Origin: an uncultured Gemmatimonadales bacterium
GTDB lineage: Bacteria > Gemmatimonadota > Gemmatimonadetes > Longimicrobiales > RSA9
Direction of reading: 5' to 3'
DNA: 64,000 bases
NCBI GenBank assembly: GCA_963708135.1
Contig: OY970192.1
Location: 224,001 to 288,000, forward strand
Part shown: piece by piece, positions 10,030 to 18,895 of the stretch
How positions within the stretch are numbered: position 1 is the first letter of the stretch
Layout of the letters: the number at the start of each line of letters is the position of its first letter
Notes under the pieces: model-generated
Told to the model about the DNA's origin: nothing
Seen by the model: the letters and a program-made list of their open reading frames with translations, nothing else
Databases searched by the model: none
Made by a program: the position numbers and the translations under genes

Positions 10030-10201
10030 CGTAAAGTCCCCACGCGTTGCTCCTGGAATCGACGCTTGGGGAGTTGACGACGAATAGCGCGGCAAAGTCC
10101 CCAATCGTTCCCATGGACCTCCGACCGCTGGGGAGTTGACGACGAATAGCGCGGTGAACTCCCCAACCGTCTCCGCGCCGGGGGATCCTTGGGGAGTTCA
10201 C
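10030..10201. repeat. Small palindromic repeat array (two 37-bp repeats plus terminal half-repeats, 24-25 nt spacers)
   Basis: TGGGGAGTTGACGACGAATAGCGCGG(CAAAG/TGAAC)TCCCCA at 10067-10103 and 10129-10165. Confidence 0.85.
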
Positions 10202-10286
10202 GGCGGCCGCACGCGACATCGCCTTACGCCTTCCACTCCTCGGCGCGCGCGTTCGAACGCGGCCGGCGCCGCGACGCCGGCCGTGG

Positions 10287-13200
10287 TCAGGGCTCCGCGG
10301 GCTCGGCCGCGGGTGCGTCGCCGCCGGAGGGATCGCCGATGGCGGGCTCGGCGGGGGGGGCCGCCTTCGCGCCGTCGCCCGAGGCCGGGCTCTCGGCGGC
10401 GGCGGCCGCGTTCGCGGCGTCGCCCGCGGTCGGCTTCTCGGCGGCGGGGGCCTTCGCGCCGCCGGCCGTGGGCGGCATCTCGGCGGCGGGCGGGATCGGT
10501 CGGCCGCGCGGAACGCGCAGGCTGAACACGGCGCCGCCGCCGGAGTTCGGCGTGAGGGTGACGTCGCCGCCGAGGAGTCGGGCGAGGCGACGGGAGACGG
10601 CGAGGCCGAGGCCGGACCCGCCCTTCTCGCGGGTGGCGGAGCTGTCGATCTGGAAGAAGGGATCGAAGACGGCCGTGACCTCGGCTTCCGGTATGCCGGG
10701 GCCGGTGTCGCGGATGTCGATGTCCATCCACTCGTCGGACGGCTTGAGCTCGAGGGTGACGCGGCCGCTGTCGGTGAACTTGACGGCGTTGCCGACCAGG
10801 TTGGTCAGGATCAGGCGCAGCTTGCCGCCGTCCGAGACGGCGACGGTGGCCGAGTCGGCGCCGACCAGCTCGAGCGCGAGGCCCTTCTGCCGCGCCGAGA
10901 TCTCGAGCATGGAGGCGACGTCGCGGGCGATCGCGGCGACATCGACGGGAGCCCGCCGCACGACGGCGCGGCCGGCCTCGAGGCGCGTGAAGGTGAGGAC
11001 CTCGTCGATGATGGAGACCAGGTGCCAGGCACTGGACTTCACGTGCCGGAGGTGCTCCTTCTGCCGCGGCGTCAGGGGCTCGGACTCGAGCACGTCCGAG
11101 ATGCCGATCACGGCGGTCAACGGAGTGCGCAGCTCGTGGCTCATGGTGGCGAGGAACTGGCTCTTGGCCTCGGCGGCCTGCTCGGCGGCGTGGCGGGCGT
11201 GCCGGAGCGCGGCCTCGGACTCCTTGCGCTGTGTGATGTCACTGTCCATGCCGACCCACTCGCGCACGGAGCCGTCGGGGGCGAGGACGGGGACGGCGCG
11301 CACCACCATGAAGCGCCACTCGCCGGTGGCGGCTTTCCGGAGACGGAACTCGTGGTCCATCGGCGTGGCGGTTTCCACGGCGTGGCGCCAGGCCGCCTCG
11401 GTTTCGGCGCGGTCGTCGGGATGGACGGCGGCGAGCCACCCGCACCCGAGCCACTCCTCCAGGGTCTGTCCCGTGAAGGCGCGCCAGGAGGGCGAGTCCT
11501 CGACGACGGATCCGTCGGGCGCGGTGGTCCAGACGATCTCGGCCGTCGCCTCGATCAGGGCGCGGAAGCGCTCCGCGCTCTCGCGCACGTGGCGCTGGGC
11601 CTCGCGCAGGTGGGTCACGTCGGTGAAGGTCGCCACGACGCCGCGGATCTCGTCGCCGGAGGTGCGGTACGGCGTGAGGCGGGCGAGCCAGGCGTGGCCG
11701 CCGCCGTTGCCGACCTCGCGCTCCAGGGGCTGGAGCGAGTCGAGCACGCGCTGGCAGTCGGCGCGGAGCTCGGGGTACTGCATACGGTGCGTCACGTGCT
11801 CTAGAGGGCGGCCCTGGTCCACGGGCAGCACGTTGAAGAGCTGACGGAGCGCGGGGGTGAAGCGCTGGATGCGGAGCTGGCGGTCGAGGAAGAGCGTGGG
11901 GATCTCGGTGGCGGCCATAAGGTTGCTGAGATCGTCGTTGGTGCGCCCGAGCTCCTCGAGCCTGACCTTCAGCTCGTCGTTGACGGTCTTGAGCTCCTCG
12001 TTGGCCGACTGGAGCTCCTCCTTGCTGGTCTCGAGCTCCTCGAGGGTGGACTTGTACTCCTCGTTGATGGACTGCAGCTCCTCGTTGGAAGCCTTGAGCT
12101 CCTCCTGCCTGCGCTCGGAGCTCTCGATCATCTCCTGCAGGCGGGTGCGCGTGGTGGCGAGCTCGGCCTCGGTGTCCTCGAGACGGCCGGCGGCGGTGCC
12201 CCCTTCGTTCTTCGGCTCGGCCTCCTCGGCGGGACCGCTCTCGAGGAAGGTGACGAGCGCGAGCGGCGACTCGCCGGGGAGGCGCGCGGGCGCGACGTGC
12301 ATCTGCACGCGCACGGGCTCGCCCTCGATGTCCATGGGCACGGTGCGGGTGAGCGCCGGCGTCGCCTGGTCCAGCGCCTGGAAGAGCGCCGAGCGGAGGT
12401 CGATGCGGAGCTCCGGCCGCGCCGCCTTGAGCACGTTGGCGGACGGCGTGCCCGCGGTGAACTGGAGGTAGCGGTTGGCGGTCTCGGAGACGTGGATGAT
12501 GATGTGGTCCGCGTCCACGAGGACACTCGGCGGCGCGTGCGCCTCGAGCGCCTGTCGGTGCAGCTCGCCGTCGGCGGCCGCCTGGGCGCCGGTGGCGGCG
12601 CGCGGCCAGACGCGGTCCCCGAGGTGGGTCCGGCCGTGCAGGGGCAGCTCGGGCAGGTGCCGCCGATCGCTTCCAGTCCTGCGTGCGCGCTGGTAGATGC
12701 GGTGCTGGCGGTCCATCGAGCGGAAGCCGGCGCCCTCGGGCGCGGACTCGGATTCGCCGAGGAACAGGTAGCCATCCGTTCGCAGCGCGTAGCGGAACAG
12801 CTCGAGCACCCGGTCCTGCAGCCCCTTCTCGAGGTAGATGAGGAGGTTGCGGCAGGCAACGAGGCCGAGGCGCGAGAAGGGCGGGTCGCGCAGCAGGTCG
12901 TGCGGCGAGAAGAGGATCCGCTCGCGCAGCTCCTTCTTCACGCGCACGTAGGCGCCCTCCCGGGTCAGGAAGCGTAGCGCGCGCTCCTCGCTCACGTCCG
13001 CCGCGACGGCGTCCGGGTAGAGCCCCACGCGCGCGAACTCGATCGCGTCCTCGTCCAGGTCGGTGGCAAAGACCTGGATGCGGAGCGGGCTCTGCATGCG
13101 GTCGGCCTGCTCGGCCAGCAGCATCGCGATGCTGTAGGCCTCCTCGCCGGTGGCACAGCCCGCCACCCACGCGCGCACCTCGCCGCTTTCCGCCGCGGCC

Positions 13201-14126
13201 TCGAAGAGCGCGGGGATCACGGCGGTCTCAAGCGCCTCGAACGCCTCCGGGTCGCGGAAGAAGCCGGTCACGCTGATCAGCAGGTCCTTGAGCAGCGCCC
13301 GCGCCTCGGTGGTGTCGTGCTGGAGCCGGGCCAGGTATTCGGCGAGCGTGAGCGATGACGTCACCTGCATCCGGCGCCCGATGCGCCGCAGCACGGTGCT
13401 GCGCTTGTAGCCGCTGAAGTCGTGCCCCGTTCGCGTCCGCAGCTGCGTCAGGATCGCGCGCAGCGCGTGCGTGTCGCCAGCCTCGAGCCCGACCGCCGAC
13501 GGTGCGCTCCAGGGCACCCCGTGCGCCCGCAGCCCGACCACCCGCTGGCCCAGCTCGCGCGCGGGGAGCACGAAATCCACGAGGCCCGTGGCGACGGCGC
13601 TGCGCGGCATCGTGTCGTAGTCCGCCTCCTCCGGCGACTGCGCCATGATGATGCCGCCCCTCTCCTTGATCGCCTTGAGCCCCGCTACGCCGTCCGTGCC
13701 GGACCCGGACAGCAGCACGCCCACGCCGTCCGGATGCACCTCGGCCACCGTGCGGAAGAAGGTGTCGATCGGGGAGCGGCGGCCGCGCGGCTCCTCGAAC
13801 TCAGTGAGCTGGAGGTGACCGTTCGTCACTTCGATCGCGCGGTCCGGCGGAATCACGTAGACGTGGTCCGGCTCCAGCGGCGTGCGCGCGCGCACCTGGC
13901 GCACGGGCATCTTGACGAACGGCTGGAGGACCTCCGCCAGCTGGCTCTCCCGGTCCGGCGAGAGGTGCATCACCACGACGAAGGCGATCCCCGTCTCCTC
14001 GGGGATCGCCTCGAAGAAGCTTCTCAGCGCCGTGATGCCGCCCGCCGAGGCCCCGATGCCGACGAGGTTCAGCGATGGCGACCCCTCGGAGGGGGCTGGG
14101 GCCGATGAATCCTCGTTCTGCTGCAT
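10287..14126 (-). CDS. CheB methylesterase / CheR methyltransferase / coiled coil / PAS / histidine kinase fusion
   Basis: GASAGG, VVMH, GSGTDG (CheB triad); GCATGEEAYS, CRNLLIY (CheR); NEELQS heptads; MSHELRTPL H-box; NAVKFT, DTGPG, GSGLGL. Confidence 0.93.
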   Translation of the reverse strand: MQQNEDSSAPAPSEGSPSLNLVGIGASAGGITALRSFFEAIPEETGIAFVVVMHLSPDRESQLAEVLQPFVKMPVRQVRARTPLEPDHVYVIPPDRAIEVTNGHLQLTEFEEPRGRRSPIDTFFRTVAEVHPDGVGVLLSGSGTDGVAGLKAIKERGGIIMAQSPEEADYDTMPRSAVATGLVDFVLPARELGQRVVGLRAHGVPWSAPSAVGLEAGDTHALRAILTQLRTRTGHDFSGYKRSTVLRRIGRRMQVTSSLTLAEYLARLQHDTTEARALLKDLLISVTGFFRDPEAFEALETAVIPALFEAAAESGEVRAWVAGCATGEEAYSIAMLLAEQADRMQSPLRIQVFATDLDEDAIEFARVGLYPDAVAADVSEERALRFLTREGAYVRVKKELRERILFSPHDLLRDPPFSRLGLVACRNLLIYLEKGLQDRVLELFRYALRTDGYLFLGESESAPEGAGFRSMDRQHRIYQRARRTGSDRRHLPELPLHGRTHLGDRVWPRAATGAQAAADGELHRQALEAHAPPSVLVDADHIIIHVSETANRYLQFTAGTPSANVLKAARPELRIDLRSALFQALDQATPALTRTVPMDIEGEPVRVQMHVAPARLPGESPLALVTFLESGPAEEAEPKNEGGTAAGRLEDTEAELATTRTRLQEMIESSERRQEELKASNEELQSINEEYKSTLEELETSKEELQSANEELKTVNDELKVRLEELGRTNDDLSNLMAATEIPTLFLDRQLRIQRFTPALRQLFNVLPVDQGRPLEHVTHRMQYPELRADCQRVLDSLQPLEREVGNGGGHAWLARLTPYRTSGDEIRGVVATFTDVTHLREAQRHVRESAERFRALIEATAEIVWTTAPDGSVVEDSPSWRAFTGQTLEEWLGCGWLAAVHPDDRAETEAAWRHAVETATPMDHEFRLRKAATGEWRFMVVRAVPVLAPDGSVREWVGMDSDITQRKESEAALRHARHAAEQAAEAKSQFLATMSHELRTPLTAVIGISDVLESEPLTPRQKEHLRHVKSSAWHLVSIIDEVLTFTRLEAGRAVVRRAPVDVAAIARDVASMLEISARQKGLALELVGADSATVAVSDGGKLRLILTNLVGNAVKFTDSGRVTLELKPSDEWMDIDIRDTGPGIPEAEVTAVFDPFFQIDSSATREKGGSGLGLAVSRRLARLLGGDVTLTPNSGGGAVFSLRVPRGRPIPPAAEMPPTAGGAKAPAAEKPTAGDAANAAAAAESPASGDGAKAAPPAEPAIGDPSGGDAPAAEPAEP

Positions 14127-14178
14127 GGGTCCCCGGGGGAAGGGATGCACATCTCGCCAGACCTTGGCATTTTCCCGC

Positions 14179-14193
14179 GCAAGGCGCACGCCA
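14179..14193 (-). promoter_or_regulatory. Candidate sigma54 promoter of the CheB/CheR kinase
   Basis: Minus strand TGGCGTGCGCCTTGC, close to TGGCAC-N5-TTGC, ~50 nt upstream of start. Confidence 0.6.
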
Positions 14194-14336
14194 ACCGCCC
14201 TCGTCGTGCGCACGGACGGCGCCGCGCCCGCCGCGCGCACGACCACGTGCATCACGGACGAACTCCCGGCGCATTCTGCCATGGAGGCGCCCCGCCCGCG
14301 GCATAGCTTTCGGGAAAACGCTGCACGGATGGCGGT

Positions 14337-14705
14337 TCACCCTTGCGCGAGCGCCTCGGCCGACCCCGCCATCCATACGCCGGCGGACACCGCCTCCGAG
14401 GCGATGGGGTCGGCCCCGGCGAGGCGCCGCCGCCACTCCTCTGGGGTCCAGCCCAGCGGCTGGACGCGCGGGGGCGGGGCGCCGAGCGCCTCGAGGCGGC
14501 GCAGCGCGTCCGGCGGCAGCCGCTCCGCGACGACCAGCAGATCGACGTCGCTCCAGAGGTTGAAGTCGCCGCGGGCGACTGAGCCGAAGACGACGGCCGC
14601 TCGCATGCCAAGATCCGGGTCGAGGCGGCCCACGTGGGCGCGGGCGAGATCGAGCAGCGCCTCCCGCTCGGCGCGCCGGCCGGCCAGCACCGCTTCAATC
14701 GTCAT
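14337..14705 (-). CDS. Minimal nucleotidyltransferase (MNT), putative antitoxin
   Basis: VVFGSVARGDFNLWSDVDLLVV (GS..DxD motif), 122 aa, overlaps HEPN gene. Confidence 0.88.
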   Translation of the reverse strand: MTIEAVLAGRRAEREALLDLARAHVGRLDPDLGMRAAVVFGSVARGDFNLWSDVDLLVVAERLPPDALRRLEALGAPPPRVQPLGWTPEEWRRRLAGADPIASEAVSAGVWMAGSAEALAQG

Positions 14706-15129
14706 GGGCGGATCCTCCCGACGCTCGCGACAGTCGCTCCCACGCGCCGTCGACCAACCCCAGCACGGCCCCGAGGTCGGAGAGTGCCTGCGCGGCATCC
14801 TCCGGCCCGTAATGCGCGCCGGGGGGTCCCGCCGGATGCGCGTCCGGGTAGCGCGCGGGGATGTAGTGGCGGGAGAGTCTGCGGAGCGCCGCCTCGATCC
14901 CGGCCGGTAGAGACTCGATGGCCGCCACCGCGGCGCCGTGCTGCACGAGGTCATGGCCCCATGCACCCTTGCCGACGCCGTGCAGGAGTCCCTTGACCGC
15001 GAGCTGCGCGCCCTGCTCGGCCAGGAAGCAGGCCCACTGCGGGAGCCCGGCGGCGGCCTGCACCTCGGCGCCCCGGCGCGCCTCCTGCGCCGCTTGTCGC
15101 CAGCGTTCGAACTCCGGTGCGTCCAACAT
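14695..15129 (-). CDS. HEPN domain protein, putative toxin
   Basis: WACFLAEQ..KGLL, GHDL, LSRHYIPARYPDAH typical of HEPN proteins paired with MNT. Confidence 0.88.
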   Translation of the reverse strand: MLDAPEFERWRQAAQEARRGAEVQAAAGLPQWACFLAEQGAQLAVKGLLHGVGKGAWGHDLVQHGAAVAAIESLPAGIEAALRRLSRHYIPARYPDAHPAGPPGAHYGPEDAAQALSDLGAVLGLVDGAWERLSRASGGSAHDD

Positions 15130-15213
15130 TCTCTCCCCGATCTACCACAGAGCTCCGGGCCCGGCCCGTGTGCAGGGCCGTCTACCAATGTATCGATTGC
15201 GCCCGCCAGCCGC

Positions 15214-15229
15214 CGGCCCGCACCTTGCA
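15214..15229 (+). promoter_or_regulatory. Candidate sigma54 promoter
   Basis: CGGCCCGCACCTTGCA (GG-N10-GC with TTGCA) ~50 nt upstream of the peptidase start. Confidence 0.5.
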
Positions 15230-15280
15230 CCCACCGCGCGCGTGCGCGACGCGGAGCGGCAGGGGGGCCCCCCCTCGGAG

Positions 15281-16378
15281 ATGACGGACGCGGCGCCCGC
15301 GGATACCCCGCCCCGGTGGGGACGCGGGGGCGAGGTCGCGGAGCGCCGGGGCGATGCGGACGCCGGCTGGGAGGCGGAGCGGGCGGCGCTGCTGGGCGCG
15401 TCCATCGCCGACCTCGGGCTGCGCGTCGAGGGCTCGCCCGTGCAGTCGATGGTCGAGCGGCTCTACGCGGAGCTGGACGCGCGCGGGCTGGTCTTCCGGC
15501 CGCCCGTCTACCTCACCGACGAGTGGGGCTGTCCCGAGGGCGTGCCTGCCATCGGGGTTCCCTTCTTCTACGCGGACCGCCGCCTGGAGCGCCTCGAGCG
15601 CGAGCACGCCGTCGTGCTCGAGGAGGAGGACGACCCGCGAAAGATCCTCCGCCACGAGGCCGGCCACGCCTTCAACTACGCTTACCGCCTGTACGACCGC
15701 CCCGAGTGGCGCGCCCTCTTCGGGCCGTACTCGCGCCCCTATCGCGAGCGCTTCCACGTCAACCCGTTCTCGCGCGAGTTCGTCCGCCACATCCTGGGCT
15801 GGTATGCACAGAAGCATCCGGACGAGGACTTCGCCGAGTGCTTCGCCGTCTGGCTCACGCCCGGGCTCGATTGGCACGCGCTCTACCGTGGCTGGCCGGT
15901 GCTGCGCAAGCTCGAGTACGTGGATGCGGTCATGGCGGAGGTCGGACCGGTCGAGGTCGAGGCGCCGCCCATCCGCCGCGAGTACCTCCCCGTCGAGGCG
16001 CTCCACTCGACCCTTGCCGAGTACTATGCCGGCTGGGAGGAGCCACTGCCGCTGCGCGACCCCGCCCACTTCGACGGCGACCTGCGCAACCTCTTCCGGG
16101 GCGGCGCGGGCGCGCCGGGTGCGGGGCGCGCGTTCCTGGAGCGTCACCGGCGTGAGCTGGTGCGCGACGTGGCCTACTGGACGGGCGAGCTCACGCAGCT
16201 CGTGCGGCAGCTCCTCGATCACCTGGCCGCGCGCGTGGACGCCCTCGATCTCTCGCCCGGCCCGACCCCCGAGGCCGAGGCCGCCACGCTCGTCGAGCTC
16301 ACCGCCTTCCTCACGGCCGTGGTCATGAACTATCGCCACACCGACCGCCTCGCCCCCGACCCCGCGGAGCCGCGGTGA
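15281..16378 (+). CDS. Putative zinc-binding metallopeptidase
   Basis: HEAGH (HExxH) plus YAQKHPDEDFAE motif; start uncertain. Confidence 0.8.
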   Translation: MTDAAPADTPPRWGRGGEVAERRGDADAGWEAERAALLGASIADLGLRVEGSPVQSMVERLYAELDARGLVFRPPVYLTDEWGCPEGVPAIGVPFFYADRRLERLEREHAVVLEEEDDPRKILRHEAGHAFNYAYRLYDRPEWRALFGPYSRPYRERFHVNPFSREFVRHILGWYAQKHPDEDFAECFAVWLTPGLDWHALYRGWPVLRKLEYVDAVMAEVGPVEVEAPPIRREYLPVEALHSTLAEYYAGWEEPLPLRDPAHFDGDLRNLFRGGAGAPGAGRAFLERHRRELVRDVAYWTGELTQLVRQLLDHLAARVDALDLSPGPTPEAEAATLVELTAFLTAVVMNYRHTDRLAPDPAEPR

Positions 16379-17331
16379 GACTCGTCGTCCTGCACGACGT
16401 AGAAGGCGACGACGTCGTCGCCGAGGTCGCCGGCGCGGCGCGCGCGCTCGGCCACGACACCTCCTCGCTGGCGTTCGGGCCGGACGTGGTCGAGAGCGCC
16501 GCCGCGCTGCGCGACGCCTCGCCCGACCTCGTCTTCAACCTCACCGAGAGCTTCGCCGGCAAGAGCGCGCTCGACTCCGGCATCGCGTCGCTGCTCAACC
16601 TGCTCGATCTCCGCTACACCGGCTCCAGCCACTCGGGGCTGCTGCTCGCGGGCGACAAGGTGCTGGCCAAGCGGATGCTCGCCTTCCACGGCATCCCCAC
16701 CCCCGAGTTCGCGACGCTGCACCGCGGCGCGCTGGAGAGCGCGGACGCCCTTCGCTTCCCGCTCATCGTGAAGCCGCCGCAGGAGGACGCCTCCATCGGG
16801 ATCTCCTCGGGCTCCGTGGTGCGGGACCTGAACGAGCTCCTCGCGCGCCTCGACGAGATCAGCCGCGGCTACACCGGCCCGGTCCTCGTCGAGCAGTTCC
16901 TGGAGGGCCGCGAGTTCTACGTGGGTGTGCTCGGCAACGAGCGCCCGGAGGCGCTGCCCCCCGCCGAGTTCGACATGTCCGAGTTCCCCGACGGCGTTCC
17001 CCGCGTGGCGAGCTGGGCGGCCAAGTGGGACGAACACGACCCCGAGTACGTGGGCAGCCGAACGACGTTTCCGCACGCGCTGGAGCCGGAGGTGCAGCGT
17101 CGCCTGCAGGAGACCGCGGTGCGCGCCTTCGAGGCGCTCCGCCTGCGCGACTACGCCCGCGTGGACCTGCGCCTCGATGCGCACGGCGTGGCGCACGTCC
17201 TCGAGGTCAATCCGAACTGCTATCTGAAGCGCGGCGAGGTCTTCGCCGCGGCGGCGGAGCGAATGGGGCTCGACTACGAGGCGCTCGTCGGCCGGATCGT
17301 GGAGCTGGCCGCCGGCCGCTACGCGCGCTGA
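16375..17331 (+). CDS. D-Ala-D-Ala ligase-like ATP-grasp enzyme
   Basis: DK..K, FPLIVKP..EDASIGI, VEQFLEGRE, YARVDLR, LEVNPN; GTGA overlap with upstream gene. Confidence 0.88.
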   Translation: MRLVVLHDVEGDDVVAEVAGAARALGHDTSSLAFGPDVVESAAALRDASPDLVFNLTESFAGKSALDSGIASLLNLLDLRYTGSSHSGLLLAGDKVLAKRMLAFHGIPTPEFATLHRGALESADALRFPLIVKPPQEDASIGISSGSVVRDLNELLARLDEISRGYTGPVLVEQFLEGREFYVGVLGNERPEALPPAEFDMSEFPDGVPRVASWAAKWDEHDPEYVGSRTTFPHALEPEVQRRLQETAVRAFEALRLRDYARVDLRLDAHGVAHVLEVNPNCYLKRGEVFAAAAERMGLDYEALVGRIVELAAGRYAR

Positions 17332-17407
17332 GCGGCGCCAGGGCCGCGCGTGATCGCATCCTGCCCGCCGGCCCCCGGTCGGTACGGTGCGCGCCCTGTC
17401 CTTGGCT

Positions 17408-18595
17408 TCAGCCCCCCAGCTCGCGCAGCCGTGATCCCGCCTTCTCGAGCGTCTCCACGCGCTTGCAGAACGCGAAGCGCACGAGGGTGTGCCCGAGCTC
17501 CGGCTCGTGGAAGAAGCTCGAGCCGGGTACTGGCGCCACACCGCCCTCGATGCGGCCGCCCGCGCCGGCGGCGAGCCAGCGCGAGAAGGCGTGGTCATCC
17601 ATGTCCGTGAGCCCGTTCGCCTCCGCCACGGCCGAGAAGTCCGCCATGACGTAGTAGGCGCCGGCCGGTGCCTCGCAGCGGAACCCCGCCTCCTGCAGCG
17701 CCGGGACCAGCGTGTCGCGGCGGCGGCGGTAGCCCGCGACGAGGTCGGCGTAATAGTCGTCGCCCAGCTGCTCCAGCGCGGCGGCCACACCCTCCTGCAG
17801 CGGCGCGGGCGCGCCCACCGTGAGGAAATCGTGCACCTTGCGGATGGCGGCGGTGAGGTCCGGCGGCGCGACGATGGTGCCGACCCTCCAGCCCGTCACG
17901 CTGAATGTCTTCGACGCGCCACTCACCGTGACCGTCCGCTCCTTCATGCCGTCCAGCGTGGCCAGCGGGATGTGCGTGCCCTCGTAGAGGATGTGCTCGT
18001 AGATCTCGTCCGTGAAGGCGACGAGGTCGTGCCGCCGGCACAGCGCCGCGACGCTCTCCAGCTCCGCCGGCGTCAACACCCGGCCGGTCGGGTTGTTGGG
18101 CGTGTTGAGGATGATCGCGCGCGTGCGAGGCGTGACCGCGGCCTCCAGCCGGTCGAGGTCCAGCGGCTGGTCGGCGTCCAGCGGCAGCCACACGGGCGAG
18201 GCGCCGCACAGGATGGCATCCGGCCCGTAGTTCTCGTAGAACGGCTCGAAGATGATGACCTCGTCGCCCGGGTTCACCACGGACAGGAGCGCCGAGGCCA
18301 TGGCCTCCGTGGCGCCACAGGTCACGGTCACCTCGCGCGCCTCGTCCACCTCCCAGCCGTAGAAGCGCCCGTACTTGGCCGCGATCGCACGCCGCAGCCG
18401 CGGCGCGCCCCACGTCACCGCGTACTGGTTCACGTCCGCGCGGATCGCCTGGCAGGCGGCTTCCTTCAGCACGTCCGGGCAGGGGAAGTCCGGGAACCCC
18501 TGGGCCAGGTTGATCGCCCCGTGCTCGTTCGCGACGCGCGTCATCTCGCGGATGACGGACTCGGTGAAGCCGTGGGTGCGGCGTGCCGTGCGCAT
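17408..18595 (-). CDS. PLP-dependent aminotransferase class I/II
   Basis: INLAQGFPDF, NTPNNPTG, DEIY, SKTFSVTGWRVG. Confidence 0.92.
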   Translation of the reverse strand: MRTARRTHGFTESVIREMTRVANEHGAINLAQGFPDFPCPDVLKEAACQAIRADVNQYAVTWGAPRLRRAIAAKYGRFYGWEVDEAREVTVTCGATEAMASALLSVVNPGDEVIIFEPFYENYGPDAILCGASPVWLPLDADQPLDLDRLEAAVTPRTRAIILNTPNNPTGRVLTPAELESVAALCRRHDLVAFTDEIYEHILYEGTHIPLATLDGMKERTVTVSGASKTFSVTGWRVGTIVAPPDLTAAIRKVHDFLTVGAPAPLQEGVAAALEQLGDDYYADLVAGYRRRRDTLVPALQEAGFRCEAPAGAYYVMADFSAVAEANGLTDMDDHAFSRWLAAGAGGRIEGGVAPVPGSSFFHEPELGHTLVRFAFCKRVETLEKAGSRLRELGG

Positions 18596-18895
18596 TGCGC
18601 TCCTCTGGCTGGCGGCTCGTGCTTGGCTGGGGTGCGGCGCCCGGAGAGGGGCGCGGGGGGTAAGGTAGGCGCGGCCGCTGGGGGCCGCCAGTTGGTCGGG
18701 AGAGGGCGCGGTGGCTGGCGGCGCTGAGTGGGGGAGTGGGAGAGTGGGGGACGCCGGGCCGGCTTGCCGGCGCGCGCGGGATGCCGGGCCTCGCGCTCTT
18801 GCCGGCGCGCGCCGGATGCCGAGCCTGGCGACCATGCCGGGGCCGGTGGATTCCGGGCCGGCTTCGCCTGGTCCGCCGCCGCATCCCGGAGGAAC

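Noticed and set aside
10030..10201. Bona fide CRISPR array
   Set aside because: Only two full repeats, short spacers that resemble each other, no AT-rich leader and no cas genes in the window; kept as a repeat finding
16375..17331. Housekeeping ddl gene
   Set aside because: Lacks the N-terminal Ddl motif and cell-wall gene context; symbol not assigned
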